Notes under the pieces: generated by a model | What the model saw: only the letters and a program-made list of their open reading frames with translations | What the model was told of the DNA's origin: nothing | The model's database searches: none | Translations under genes and position numbers: made by a program | Origin: the human T2T-CHM13v2.0 reference genome, Homo sapiens | Direction: 5' to 3' (one strand) | Length of the DNA stretch: 64,000 nucleotides | Assembly: GCF_009914755.1 (NCBI RefSeq) | Contig: NC_060929.1 | Part shown: piece by piece, positions 28,058 through 44,389 of the stretch | Numbering within the stretch: position 1 is the stretch's first letter | Layout: each line of letters opens with the position of its first letter

Positions 28058-29990
28058 ACTGGCTTCAGGTGAGACTCAGCACATTCCCAAATGTGGTGTG
28101 TGGTGTCTATAGGGAGAAACTCCTTCTGTTTGAGAAAAGCAGATGAAAAAGTAAATAAAGGGGACTTTGTCTTGTACTTTAGGTACCCGCTTGGCCACAG
28201 GTGGGATACAGCACCAAGTGGGCTCTTGGGGTCCCTGATTCTACCAGCTAGGTTCTTGGGGTCTTGCACTTTAGGTACCCACCTGGCCACAGGGGGATAC
28301 AGCACCAAGTGGGCTCTTGGGGTCCTGATTGGCTCTTGGATGACATTTCTGGGCCTACCCTAGGCCAGAGGGGAGCCCACTCCCCTGTAGGGTGAGTCCA
28401 AGGTGAGGCAGCATTCACCATAAGCTAACTGAAGAGCCCTTGGGCATTAAGGGAATATCATTGGTAGTCTGGCAGTATTCCCGGTGGGCCTGTGGTGGTA
28501 ACGGCCACAGGGTGAGGCTCATCTGCCTTTGGAAAGGGGAGAGAAGAGTGGGAAGGACTGCATCTTGTGGTTTAAATGCCAGCACAGCTGCAGTAAAATA
28601 GAACACCAGGTAGACCCCTAAGATCTTTGACTCTAGTGCCTGGCTCCTGGATGGCACCTCTGGACCTGCCCTGGCCCTGGGAGGACTCACCACCCTGAAG
28701 AGAAGGACAAAGGCCTGGCTGGCTTTGTCACCTGGTGATTGTAGCTTCTCAGGGCCTTGAGTAAACATAGGTGGTAGCCGGAGATTTGTTACAGTAGGCC
28801 TTGGGTGAGACCCAGTGCTGGGCTGGCTTCAGATCTGACCTGCCACAGTCCTAGCATTGGTGGCCACAGGGACGCTTGTGTCACACCAGCCCAGGTTCAG
28901 GCAGCTCAAAACAGAGAGAGAGATTCCGTTTGTTTGGGAGAACATAAGGGGAGAGAGCAAGAGTCTCTGCCTGGTAATCCAGAGAATTATGCCAGATATT
29001 GTCCAAGACCATCAAGGTGGTACATCTAGTCTGCAAAACCACAGCGTTTCTGGGCTTGGGATGCCTTCTAAATGCAGATACAGCCTATATTACAACACTC
29101 AAGTCCTTTCAAATACCTGGAAAGCCTTTCCAAGAAGGACAGGTACAAACAAGCCCAGACTGTGAAGACTCCAATAAATATGTAACTCTTCCATGCCCAG
29201 ACACAGACAAACATCCACAAGTATCAGCACCATCCAGGAAAACATGACATCACCAAATGAACTAAATAAGGCACAAGGGACCAATTCTAGAGAAACAAAG
29301 ACATGTGACTTTTCAGACGGGAAATTCAAAATAGCTGCTTTGGGAAACTCAAGAAAAAATTCAACATAACACAGAGAAGGAATTCAGAATTCTACCAGAT
29401 AAATTTAACAAAAAGATTGAAATAATTAAAAAGAATCAAGCAGAAATCTGGAGCTGTGAAATGCATTTCACATAGTAAACAATGCATCAGAGTCTTTTAA
29501 CAGAAGAATTGATCAAGCAGAAGAATGAATTTATGAGATTGAAGACAGGCTATTTGAAAATACACAGAGGAGACAAAAGTAAAAAAAATTAAAAAAAATG
29601 AAGCATGCCTATAGGATCTAGAAAATAATCTCAAAAGGGCAAACCTAAGAGTTATTGGCCTTAAAGAGGCAGTAGAAAAAGAAATAGGGGTAAGAAGTTT
29701 ATTCAAAGGGATAATAATGGAGAACTTCCCAAACATAGAGAAAAATATCAATATCCAAGTACAAGAAGGTTAATAAACACTAAGCAGTTTTAGCTCAGAG
29801 AAAACTGTCTCAAGGCATTTAATAATCAAACTCCAAAATGGTCAAGGATAAAGTAAGGATCTTAAAAGCATAAAGAGAACGGAAACAAATAACATACAAT
29901 GAAGCTCCAATACATCTGGCAGCAGTCTTTTCAGTGGAAACCTTACAGGCCAGGAGAGAGTGGCACGACATATTTAAACTGCTAAAGAAA
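28058..29990 (+). mobile_element. L1M1 (L1MA1-3 type) 5' UTR and most of ORF1; no 3' part
   Basis: GC-richer 5' UTR; atgacatcaccaaatgaactaaataagg ORF1 start region; NLRVIGL, ENFPN, ETLQARREW motifs. Confidence 0.85.
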
Positions 29991-30633
29991 TATTTTCCAT
30001 TTATTTAAACAAGGTTAGCGTGAGCCTAATGCCAAAATCTGATGGAAGCAACAAAAGAAATGACAGAGTAACTTCACATAAATAGAGATTTAGAAATCCG
30101 AGTAAAATATTCAGTAAACTGTTTCAGTAGCATAATACGAGGACAATATGCCAAGATTAGATGAGGTTTATTTCAGAATTGAAAGAATGGTTTAATATTA
30201 GGAAATCTATTTATATAATATGCCAATAGATGCCAAAGGGAAAAAAGGTATGTGATCATCTAGATAGATGCAAAAAAGACATTTCATATAATTCAATGCC
30301 TATTTCTGGTTTAAAAATGTTTTTAATTGAAGTAGAAATGAAATGAGGCTTTTTTCAAAATCAAAACACCCAAAGTGAACATCATGCCCAACAGTTAGGC
30401 AATGAAAGGACTGCAATCAATGAGAACAAGACGTATAACCACTGATGATTTGGGGAAATATTTGTTACTATATTTAGATGGGAAAAAGAATTGAGAAGTA
30501 TAAATACTGGAAAATAAAAATAAAAATTATTTTCATTTGCAAGTGATAAGACTGTTTATGTAGAAAGCCCCCAAAAGTAAGGAAAAACTATTTAAAAAAC
30601 TATGTAAGTTTGCCAGTTAAAAAAATAAATATA

Positions 30634-30913
<280 letters not shown>

Positions 30914-30922
30914 AATATATAA

Positions 30923-30964
<42 letters not shown>

Positions 30965-31212
30965 GTATATATATTTTTATTATTATTATTATTATACTTT
31001 AACTTTTAGGGTACATGTGCACAATGTGCAGGTTAGTTACATATGTATACATGTGCCATGCTAGTACACACACGTATATTTAACAAATATATATAACAAA
31101 ATATATATTATTTATTTTATATAATATATTAGCAATATATAACAAAACTATCATATATATTTATATATACATATATATGAATATATATGATAATATATAT
31201 GAATATATATAT
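30914..31212. repeat. (TA)n/(CA)n and AT-rich low complexity tract
   Basis: Visible runs. Confidence 0.9.
30971..31065 (-). mobile_element. Ultra-short L1PA2/3 3' tip
   Basis: (TTA)n, tatactttaacttttagggtacatgtgcacaatgtgcaggttagttac; TSD acacacacgtatat 30957-30970 / 31066-31079. Confidence 0.9.
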
Positions 31213-31870
31213 GGTAGGTTGCAAGAAGCAATCAGAAATTACAATGGAAAAATATCATCAATGATGGGACAAAAACACCACATAACTTGGAAAAATCTTA
31301 ACAAGAAATATATAGGGCCAATATGAGAAAAATTGCTAAATTTATTAGGTAATATGAAAAAAGGCCCTGAATAAATAAAAAGATTTACCAGTGTTTAGTA
31401 CTGAAAGAAATAAAAATTATAAAAATTCTTCCCAAATTAATTTATAACTTCTTGAAATTAATTCCAATTTAAACTCCAATTTGGTTCTTCTTACACCAGG
31501 CAAAATGATTCTGAAATTCCCTGGAATGGTATTTTTTGGGAAAAACAGCAGAAACAACATAGCGGTGAAAGAATACAATTTTAAGATACAGTATTTAAAA
31601 CAGTAAGATATTGGCTCAAGAAGGTATAGAGAGATTAACAGAGGGGAATTGACAAACTAGAAAAAGATGCTAGTGAATAGAAGAATATCATATTTTATAC
31701 AAGTATTGGAAAAGCATGCTTATTAGAGAAAATGTACTTATTAGAGAAATGTAAATAACTGGCTGTTTTGAAAGAAAAATGATCATATTAGGGTCCTACT
31801 TTATAATTTATCATGAAATAAATTCCAGATAGTTTGAATATAAACGTGAATATTTAAATACGAAAAATAT

Positions 31871-32040
31871 GGGGGAAGGGAGGAGGGATAGCATTAGGAG
31901 ATATACCTAATGCTAAATGACGAGTTAATGGGTGCAGCACACCAACATGGCACATGTATACATATGTAACAAACCTGCATGTTGTGCACACGTAGCCTAA
32001 AACTTAAAGTATAATAATAATAAAATTAAAAAAAGAAAAA
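31871..32040 (+). mobile_element. L1PA4/5-like 3' end
   Basis: gggatagcattaggagatatacctaatgctaaatgacgagttaatggg...poly(A). Confidence 0.92.
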
Positions 32041-32814
32041 GAAAAATAATAGTCATTTAAAAAGTAGAAAAACATAAATATGTAGACATACATAACATCT
32101 CTAGGTAACGCCTTTTAAAGCCTAGTACCAAAGCCAGAAACCAAAGGAGAGCATTGATAGATTATATACATAAAATTAAAAATATCTGTACATCAAAATC
32201 ATTATGTACAAATATAAAAGCAAATTAAAAAGAGATACGTTGGTAATCTATGTAGTAAAGTGTGTGTTAATAATAGGTATTTGTTTAATACAATGAATTC
32301 ATGAATACATGAATCAATTGGTGAAATTAAAAGGACTGTTATGAAACAATGATGAAGACATTTAAGCCCCAATGAAAATGTAGACAAAGGACATGAATAG
32401 GGAATTCACAAAAGAGATACAAATTTTCAACATACATACAAAAATTTAATTTCATTAGAATAAAACACATCTAATAAATATGTCATCATTTTTTCACTAA
32501 TTAAATTGGCAAAGTTTAGAAATAATTGTAATAATTTAATTCTATAGATTTACAGGTTCTCATATCTCAGATACTAATGTAAGTAGCATATTCTTTCTGG
32601 ACATCTATTTGGAAATTTACATTAAAAGTATCAAAATATTTACATTATTTGAACAAGCCATTTTGCTTTTGGAATTTTATCCTAAGGGGAAAAATATCAG
32701 AAGACTACAAAATCATTTATTTATGAGAACATTCATTGTAGCATACTTAAAATTTAAAAAAATTACAGGAAACATTACGTCTGTGATACACTTCAAAAAT
32801 TGTTTTTGTGCAAC

Positions 32815-35690
32815 TAGAAATGATGAAGTAAATGTTACCATTGACCCCACAGAAATTAAAAAAAGAATCAGAAACTACTACAAGCACCTGTATGCACATA
32901 AACTAGAAGAAAGAGACGGACAAATTCCTGGACACATACACCCTCTTGAGACTAAGCCAGGAAGAAACTGATTCCCTGAAGAGACCAATATCAAGCTCTG
33001 AAAATGAATCAGTAATAAATAGCCTACCAACCAAAAAAAGCCCGAGACCTGATGGATTCACAGCCGAATTCTACCAGACATACAAAGAAGGGTTGGTACC
33101 ATTCCTATTGAAACTATTCCAGAAAATTGAGGAGCAGGGACTCCTTCCTAATTCATTCTATGAGGTCAGCATCATCCTGATACCAAAACCTGGCAGAGAT
33201 ACAACAAAAAAAGAAAACTTCAGGTCAATATCCTTGACAAACATCATGCAAAAATCCTTAACAAAATACTTGCAAACTGAATTCAGCAGCCCATCAAAAA
33301 GCTAATTCACTATGATCAAGTAGGCTTCATCCCTGGGATGCAAGGTTGGTTCAACATATGCAAATCAACAAATGTGATTCATCACATAAAAAGAACTAAA
33401 GACAAAAAAAACACATGATTATCTCAATAGACACAGAAAAGGCTTTTGATAATATTCAACACCGTGTCATGTTAAAAACTCTCAATAAACTAGGTATCAA
33501 AGGAACATACCTCAAAATAATAACAGCATCCATGACAAACCCAGAGCCAACATTACACTGAATGGGCAAAAGATGGAAGCATTCCCCTTGAAGAATGGCA
33601 CAAGGCTAGGATGCCCTCTCTCACCACTTCTATTCAACACAGGATTGGAAGTCCCAGCCAGAGCAATCAGGCAAGGGAAAGAAATAAAGCACATCCAAAT
33701 AGGAAGAGAGGAAGTCAAACAATCTCTGTTTGCAGAGGGCATGATTCTGTATCTAGAAAACCCCATAGTCTCGGCCCAAAAAAGCTCCTCCAGCTGATAA
33801 AAAATTTCAGAAAAGTTACAGGATACAAAATCAATTTCCAAAATCACTAGTGTTCCCATACACCAAAAACAGCCAAACCAAGAGCCAAATCAGAAAGGCA
33901 ATCCCATTCACAATTGCTACAAAAAGAATAAAACACCTAGGAATACAGCTAACCAGGAAGGTGAAAGGTCTCTGCAATGGGAATTATAAAATGCTGCTCA
34001 AAGAAATCAGAGAAGACACAAACAGATGGAAAAACATTCCATGCTCATGGATAGGAAGAGCCAATATTGTTAAAATGGCTATACTGCCCAAGCAATTTAC
34101 AGATTCAATGCTATTCCTATTGAACTACCAACGACATTCTTCAAATAACAAACCAAAAACAACAACAGCAACAACAACAACACTATTTTAAAATTCATAT
34201 GGAACCAAAAAAGAGCCTGAATAGCCAAGGCAATCCTACGCAAAAAGAACATAGCTGGAGCCATCACATTAACTGATTTCAAACTATACTACAAGCTAAC
34301 AGTAATCAAAACAGCACAGTACTGGTACAAAAAAAGGCACATAGACCAATAGAACAGAATAGAGAGCCCAGAAATAAAGCCACATATCTATGACCATCTG
34401 ATCCTCAACAAAGCTGACAAAAACAAGCAATGGGGAAAAGACTACCAACTCAATAAATGGTGCTGGGATAACAGGCTAGCCATGTGCAGAAGATTGAAGC
34501 TGGACCCCTTTCTTACACTATACACAAAAATCAACTCAAGATGAATTAAAGACTTAAATGTAAAACCCAAAAGTATAAAAACCTTGGAAGACAACCTAGG
34601 CAATACTATTCAGTACATAGGCACAGGCAAATATTTCATGACAAAGATACCAAAAGTAATTGCAAGAAAAGCAAAAATTGTCAAGTGGGATCTAATTAAA
34701 CTTAAGAGCTTCTGCATAGCAAAAGAAACTATCAACGGGGTAAACAGCCTACAGAATGAGAGAATTTTGCAAACTATGCATCTGACAAAGGTCTAATATT
34801 TAGCATGTATAATGAGCTTAAACAAATTTACAAGAAAAACAGACAACCCCATTAAAAAGTGGGCAAAGGACATGAACAGGCACCTCTCAAAAGAAGATAT
34901 ACATGTGGCCAACAAGCATATATAAAAAAAAGCTCAATATCACTGATCATTAGATAAATGCAAATAAAAACCACAGTGAGATACCATTGCATACCAGTCA
35001 GAATAACTATTGTTAAAAAGTCAACAAATAACAGATGCTGATGAGGTTGCAGAGAAAAGGGAACACTTACACACTGTTGGTGGGAGTGTAAATTAACCAT
35101 GTGGAAAGCAGAATGGCAACTCCTCAAAGAGCTAAAAACAGAACTACCATCCAACCCAGCAATGCAATTACTGGGTATAGACCCGAAGGAATAGAAATCA
35201 TTCTACTATAAAGACACATGCATGTGAATATTCACTGCAATGCTACTCACAATAGCAAAGACATGGAATCAACCTAAATGACCTTCAGTGACAGATTGCA
35301 TAAAGAAAACATGGTACATATACATCATGGAATACTATGCAGCCATAAAAATAATGAGATCATGTCTTTTTTGGGAACATGGATGGAACTGGAGGCTATT
35401 ATCCTTAGCAAACTAATGCAGGAACAGAAAACCAACTACTGCATGTTCTCTCTTGCAGGTGGGAGCTAAATGATAAGAACTTATGAACACAAAGAAGGAA
35501 ACAACAGATACTGGGTTCTCCTTGAGGGGGTAGGGTGGGAAGAGAGAGAGGAGCAGAAAAGATGACTATTGGGTACTGGGCTTAATACCTGGATGATGAA
35601 ATAATATGTATAATAAATTCCTGTGACATGTGTTTACCTACGTAACAAACCTTCACGTGTACCCTCAAATCTAAAATAAAAGTTAAAAAA
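32815..35690 (+). mobile_element. L1PA12-like, 5'-truncated (ORF2 RT to 3' UTR)
   Basis: ORFs [34 protein letters not shown]; 3' UTR aacttatgaacacaaagaagg. Confidence 0.92.
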
Positions 35691-35699
35691 GGAAGTTAC

Positions 35700-37040
35700 T
35701 AGAGATGATAAAGTAATAATAACAACGGGGTATAGTTGGGTTTGTAAATTGATAGGTGTAATATGCATAACAATAACGTCATAAAGAGGGAGAAATGGAA
35801 TAGAGCTATGTAGGAGTAATGTGTCTATGTATCACTGAAATTAAGCCAGTAAATTTGAAGTGGATTCTGATAAGATGTGTATGGCAAATCCTAGAGCAAC
35901 CACCTAAAAGTGGTTAATATTATTAGGCATAAAATGCTACATTTGAAAATAGTTACCTAAGGAAAAAGAAAGATATGAAAGAGAAGTGGAGGAGGAAAAA
36001 ATGACATGAAACATATAATAAACAAAAAGAAAAATAGTGACATAAATCTATATCAATAACAACATTAAATGTGAATGGATTATATCACCCAATCAAAAGG
36101 CAGAGATTGTCACACTGGATTAAAAACATGATCCAACTCTATGCTATCTACAGAAGACACATTTTAGATCGAAAGATACAATAGATTGAAAGCAAAAGGA
36201 TGTAAAAAGACATATTATCAAAAAGCAACCACAAGAAAGCTGGAGTGGCTATACTGATAATCAGACAAAATAGACTTTTAAAACCAAAAATATTACCAGA
36301 TAAATAGGGAGATTTTAGAATAATAAAGGTCATCCATCAGCAATATATGATAATTATAAACATGTATGCACCTAGAAATAGAGCACGAAAATATATGAAG
36401 CAAATAAAGAGAGAAATAAATAATTCAACAACAATAATTGGAAACTTCAATATCCATTTTCAGTAGTAGACAGAACAAGATAGAAGATCAGCATAAAACT
36501 AGAAGACCTGAAGAACATTATAAACCAAATAGACCTACAACACTCCATGCAACAACAGAATATGGCAATCTTCTCTAATGCACACACATCATTCTCCAGG
36601 ATATGCCATATGTTGGATCATTTTTTAAAAACTTAGTAAATTTAAAAGAAACAATACAAAGTATATTATCTGATCACAGTGAAATGAAATTTGAAATCAA
36701 TAGCAAAAAAAAAAAAATCAAATTGAAAAACTCACAAATAGGTGGAAATTAAACAACACACTTCTAAATATCCAGTGCATCCAAGATGAATGCATTTAAA
36801 AGGAGAATAAGACATGGGGTCGGTCTGGGGCAGAATGATATGGTTTGAATATTTGTCCACTCCAAATCTCATGTTGAAATGTAATTCCCAGTGTTGAAGG
36901 GTATAAGTGTTTCATTTTCTCGGAAACCTCATCAGCTTCTGTTATTTTTTGACTTTTTAATCAAAATGAGAATAAGAAAATAATTTGAGATGCATGAAAA
37001 TGAAGACACAACATACCAAAACTTATCGAATGCAGGGAGT
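35700..37040 (+). mobile_element. Old L1M inter-ORF and ORF2 endonuclease region
   Basis: ttaaatgtgaatgga, tatgcaccta, tctgatcacagtgaaatgaaa (NVNG, YAP, SDH motifs). Confidence 0.8.
36813..36962. other. 150-bp chimeric insert (MST junction copy + antisense L1 piece)
   Basis: TSD-like aaaa(g/t)gagaataaga 36798-36812 / 36963-36977; 36815-36900 matches revcomp of 38246-38331. Confidence 0.85.
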
Positions 37041-37059
37041 GATAGAAAAAAAAAAAAAA

Positions 37060-37210
37060 CAAGTTTCTCTTTGAAGTGATGAAAATGTTCTAAAATTGAC
37101 TGTGGAGATGCTGGAACACATCTGTAAATATAACAAAAACCACTGAATGGTACACTTAAAAAGGGTGAATTGTATGCACGCCAATTATACTTCAATAAAG
37201 CTATTAAAAG
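37060..37210 (+). mobile_element. L1MB-type 3' end
   Basis: gtgatgaaaatgttctaaaattga...ccactgaat...caataaagct. Confidence 0.8.
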
Positions 37211-37900
37211 TTTGAGAATTGTTTTTAAAGAATATTTAATAAAGTGAGAAAATGCTCACAATCTAGATGGGTAGGAAAGGAAGTTGAAAATGCTATGTAT
37301 AGTTGATATGAATACCAATATCTAAGTTTCGTAGAGTGTTTCTTATGTGCCAAGCATCATATTTAGTATTTTATATGAAATATCTTCCTATTCTTCAGTG
37401 AGTTTAAGTTCTAGTCCTATATCCATTTTGCAGTTGAGGAAGTTGAAGTCTAGAGCTCTTAGGTTTAAACGTCTGTTTCTTTTTCAGAATCTGCTCACCT
37501 ATTTTATTATAAACTGCCTTTAATTTTTTAATGCATCTATACTGTGTAGTAAAAGACTGACAAAACATCTGTTAAAATGTTACTAATGGTAGGAATAATT
37601 GGCAATTTTTATTCTTTCTTCTCCATACTTTTATTAAAACCCCAAAATAAACTGAGTTCAAGCCCTAAACTAATTTTCCCCCACCCCAGCTCATACCCTT
37701 TACCCAATCTGTCATAGCTGTTTTATGTATACTGTTATTCAATGGAAATTCATGTCTATAGTGGTGGTCCTGATATAAGATAATCATTGAGGAGCTATTA
37801 CACATAAATACATACCCTACTCTGGCCATACCACATACCATAGTGATTACATGAGCAGTGCCAGAGTGCTGAGTTCCGATCCTCACTTGAATTTACCATT

Positions 37901-40333
37901 TGTAACAGGCAATTTTTGCATTGCTATAAAACATATCTGAGGCTGGATAATTTATATTAAAAAAAAGGTTTATTTGGCTCATGGTTCTGAAAGCTGTACA
38001 AGCATGGCTCCAGCATCTGCTTCTGGTGAGGACCTCAGTAAGCTTACAATCACGGCAGAAGGTGAAGGAGGAGCAGGCAGCATCTCACATGGTGAGAATG
38101 GGAGCAAGAAAGAGTGATGGTGGATGTGTCACTTTTAAACAACCAGATCTCATGTGAACTCAGAACGAGTTCTGTCATCGCCAAGGGTATGGCGCTAAGG
38201 CATTCATGAGGGATGAATGATTCAAACACCTCCCACAAGGCCCCACCTTCAACACCGGGAATTACATTTCAACATGAGATTTGGAGTGGACAAATATTCA
38301 AACCATATCATTCTGCCCCAGGCCCACCCCAAAATCTCAGGTTCTCACATTGCAAAATGCAAGAATCTCTTCCCAACTGTCCCCTAAAGTCTCAACTCAT
38401 TCCAACATCAAGTCCAAAGTTCTGTCTCATCTGATACTCATCTCCTTCCACCTATGAACCTTTAAAATCAAAACAAGTTATTTCCAAGATACAATGGGAT
38501 ACAGACATTGGGTAAACATACTTGTTCCAAAAGAGAAAGAGTGGCCAAAAGAAAAGAGCTGTGGGCCCCATGAGAGTCTGAAACCCAGAAGGGTAGTCCT
38601 TAAGTCTTAAAGCTCCAAAATAATCTCCATTGATTCCATGTTCCATATTTAGGGCACACTGGTGCAAGAGGTGGGCTCCCAAGGCCTTGGGCAGCTTTGC
38701 CTTTGTGGCTTTGAAGGATGCCAATCACATGTCTGCTCTCATGGGTTGGAGCTGAGTGCCTGCAGCTTTTCTAGGCTCAGGATGCAAGCTGCCAGTGGAT
38801 CTATCATTCTAGGTTCTGGAGGGCAGTAGCCCACTTCCCATAGCTCCACTAGGCAATGCCCCAGTGGGGACTCTGTGTAGTGACTTCAGTTCCACATTTC
38901 TCCTCCACATTGCCCTAGTAGAGTTTCTCTGTTAAGGTTCTGCCTCTGTGGCTGGCTTCTGCCTGGGCACCCAGGCTTTTTGATACACCCTCTGAAATCT
39001 AGGTGGAACTCACCAAGTCTCCATCACTCTTGCATTGAGTGTGCCTGCAGGTTTGACACCACATGGAATCTACCAAGGCTTATGGCTTGCATTCTCCAAA
39101 GTGGCAACCTGAGCTGTATCTAGGGCCCTTTGAGCCATGGCTGGAGCTGAAGTAGCAAGGGTATGGGGAGCAGTGTTCTGGGGTGGCACAGGGCTTTGGC
39201 CCTGGCCCATGAAACCATTCTTTCCCCTTAGGCCTCTGGACCTGTTATGGGAGGGGCTGCCTCAGAGATATCTGAAAAAATGCCTTCAATGCCTTTTTTT
39301 TTTTCATTTTCTTGGCTATTAGCACCTGACTGCCTTTTAGACATGCAAATAACTCTACCAAGATACATTTGGATTCTTTCCCTGAAAACGGGCTTTTCTT
39401 TTATAGCACTGGCTAGGCTGAACATTTTCCAAACTTTCACACTCTGCTTCCTTTTTAAATATGAGTTCCAACTTTAAGTCATTTCTTTGCTCCCACATCT
39501 AAGCATAGGTTGTTAGAAGAAGCCAGGTCACATCTTGAATGCTTTGCTGCTTAGAAATTTCTTCACCAGATTCCCTAAACCATCACTCTTAAGTTTAAAT
39601 TTCAAGATCCCTAAAACATGAACACAATGCAGCCAAGTTCTTTGCTATGGCATAACAAGGATGACCTTTGCTCCAGTTCCCAATAAGTTCCTCATTTCCA
39701 TCTGAAACATCATCAGCCTAGACTTCACTGTCCATATCACTATCAGCATTTTGGTCAAAACCACTTAACCAGTCTCTAAGAAGTTCCAAACTTTCCCTCA
39801 TCTTCTTTTCTTCTTCTGAGCCCTCCAAACTCTTCCAACCTGTGCCTGTTATTCAGTTCAAAAGTTGCTTCCACATATTCAGGTATCTTTATATCAATGC
39901 CCCACTTCTCAGTACCAATTTTCTGTATTAGGCCATTTTTGCATTGCTATAAAGAAATACCTGAGGCTGGGTAATTTATAAAGAACAGAGGTTTAGTTGG
40001 CTCATGGTTCTGCAAGACGTAAAAGCACAGCTCCAGCATCTGCTTCTGGTGAAGATCTCAGGAAGCTTAAATTCATGGCAGAAGGTGAAGGGGGAACAGA
40101 TCTCACATGGTGAGAGAAGGAACAAAAGAGTGAGTGGAGAGGTGCCACACACTTTTAAACAACCAGATCCACATGAACTCAGAGCAAGTACTCTCAACAC
40201 CAAGGGGATGCCGCTAAGCCATTCATGAGGAATCTGCCCCCATGATCCAATCACCACCCACCAGGCCCCATATCCAAAACTGGGGATTATGTTTCAACGA
40301 GATTTGGAGTGGGCAAATACCCAAACCATATCA
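37901..40333 (-). mobile_element. Complete MST (MSTB-like) MaLR provirus: LTRs 37901-38310 and 39924-40333, internal 38311-39923
   Basis: Two 410-bp LTRs, perfect 5-bp TSD ccatt (37896-37900, 40334-40338), gaaaattggtac internal start and purine tract before 3' LTR. Confidence 0.93.
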
Positions 40334-40497
40334 CCATTCATTTCACCTAATTCCTCAATTAATCTGAGGAAATTAATAATTTTGTCAGTAAAATGAAGAG
40401 AAAAATAGTAGCTACATCCTTGGTTTGCTGTGAAGTTTAAATACGTTAACATATATAAAGACAGTGACTGGCCCCTGGCAAGTAATCCATAGTGTTA

Positions 40498-42964
<2,467 letters not shown>

Positions 42965-43740
42965 AAAAAACATTTCTTTCAGGTGTATTTCTGGTTTATC
43001 CTGTTAACTGGGAAATAGAACTAACTGGAGCAGACAATTGTCTGAGTACTCTATTTAATGGAACTTTCACAATGGTATTATTTATTAGTCTGACAATTGA
43101 AGGTTATGCAAGAAGTTGCAAATTCTGATTAATAAAAATTAATAAAGACTGGGGATCAGCAAAAGTGATTTTGGATGCTATTGAACTTCGGGAAGATATA
43201 CCCTAGTCTTGGGAGATTTTCTTCAGGAAGGTAAACTGAAAAATAACCCTGTGAACTAACCATGCTCCCTGGGTGTGAGCATCAACTTTTGAGAAACACC
43301 AAAGGGGACCATGCAAATGGACTATTTGATTGGCTTTGCAGTAACACTCATAAATGCTTGACTTTTGCCAACGTGGTAATTTAGGAATATTAAGTGGAAC
43401 CTGCCAACAATGCCATTTTGCTTGATTGCACCGTGATTGCTTTTATATTACTGATATCAAACTGTGCATAATTAGAGACTGTTTTAACTCCAATAACAAA
43501 TAACATACTTTGTTTTTACATAGCTAAATAATATCCTACAGAAGCAACATCATTACATCATAGGATAATGGCTCAATATGTCCATTAAAGGAAGACTTGC
43601 CTTTTCTAACTATTGGGTATTGTTCATAGTGTTGATGGACTTGGTCATTTTTATTTTACAATGTAAAACTGGGTTGATACATGCTTCTTGACTGTTCTGC
43701 AAACTTAACTAAATGATGAACTTAAAAAACATATTGTACA

Positions 43741-43938
43741 AGAAGAGGAGGTTTTGAATGTTATCACCATACATAACTAATAAATGTTTAAGGTGATGGA
43801 TATTATAATTACCCTGATTTGATCCTTATACAATGTATACATGCACCGAAACATCACACTGTACCCCATAAGTATGTACAACTATTATATGTCAATTATA
43901 AATAAAAAATTAATAATGAAAAATTAAAATAGAAAAAG
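43741..43938 (+). mobile_element. L1MA 3' end
   Basis: ttaccctgatttgatc...catcacactgtaccccata; TSD ending catattgtaca on both sides. Confidence 0.85.
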
Positions 43939-44389
43939 AAAAAACCATATTGTACAGAACTTAGCAACAATGTACTTCATTCTAGTGTGCAAAAATACTG
44001 AATCTTCAGAGTATAATTAATAATGATAAAATAAACCTTTGCAACATTTAAGATGCTAAATAACACTTGAAACTCAAGGAAACAAAAGAAACAACAATAG
44101 AATAAAGGCTATTTTGAGCATCTGTAATGCATTCACGACTCAACAAGTGAAAATTATTACATAACCAGCTTAAGCTGTGACACATACAAGAAAATTTAAT
44201 GCTGATTGTTTTAAAGTGTGGCTCTTTGTGCAAAAGAAATTCTAGAGATTTCCAAGAAAATACTCCCCCTATTGTCACCCTCCCATCCCCAAACCCTAAT
44301 TAGAGTCCAGGGATGTCTAACATTTTGAGCTGATGGGACATTTATCAATTTGTCAGCTTACTCAACTATAACATAATATTTTATTAGCC

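Noticed and set aside
27757-28308. 183-aa minus ORF
   Set aside because: Half is antisense L1 5' UTR including the duplicated unit; chance read-through
28169-28330. Repeat-spacer-repeat as CRISPR-like array
   Set aside because: Only two long units in a eukaryotic L1; no cas genes
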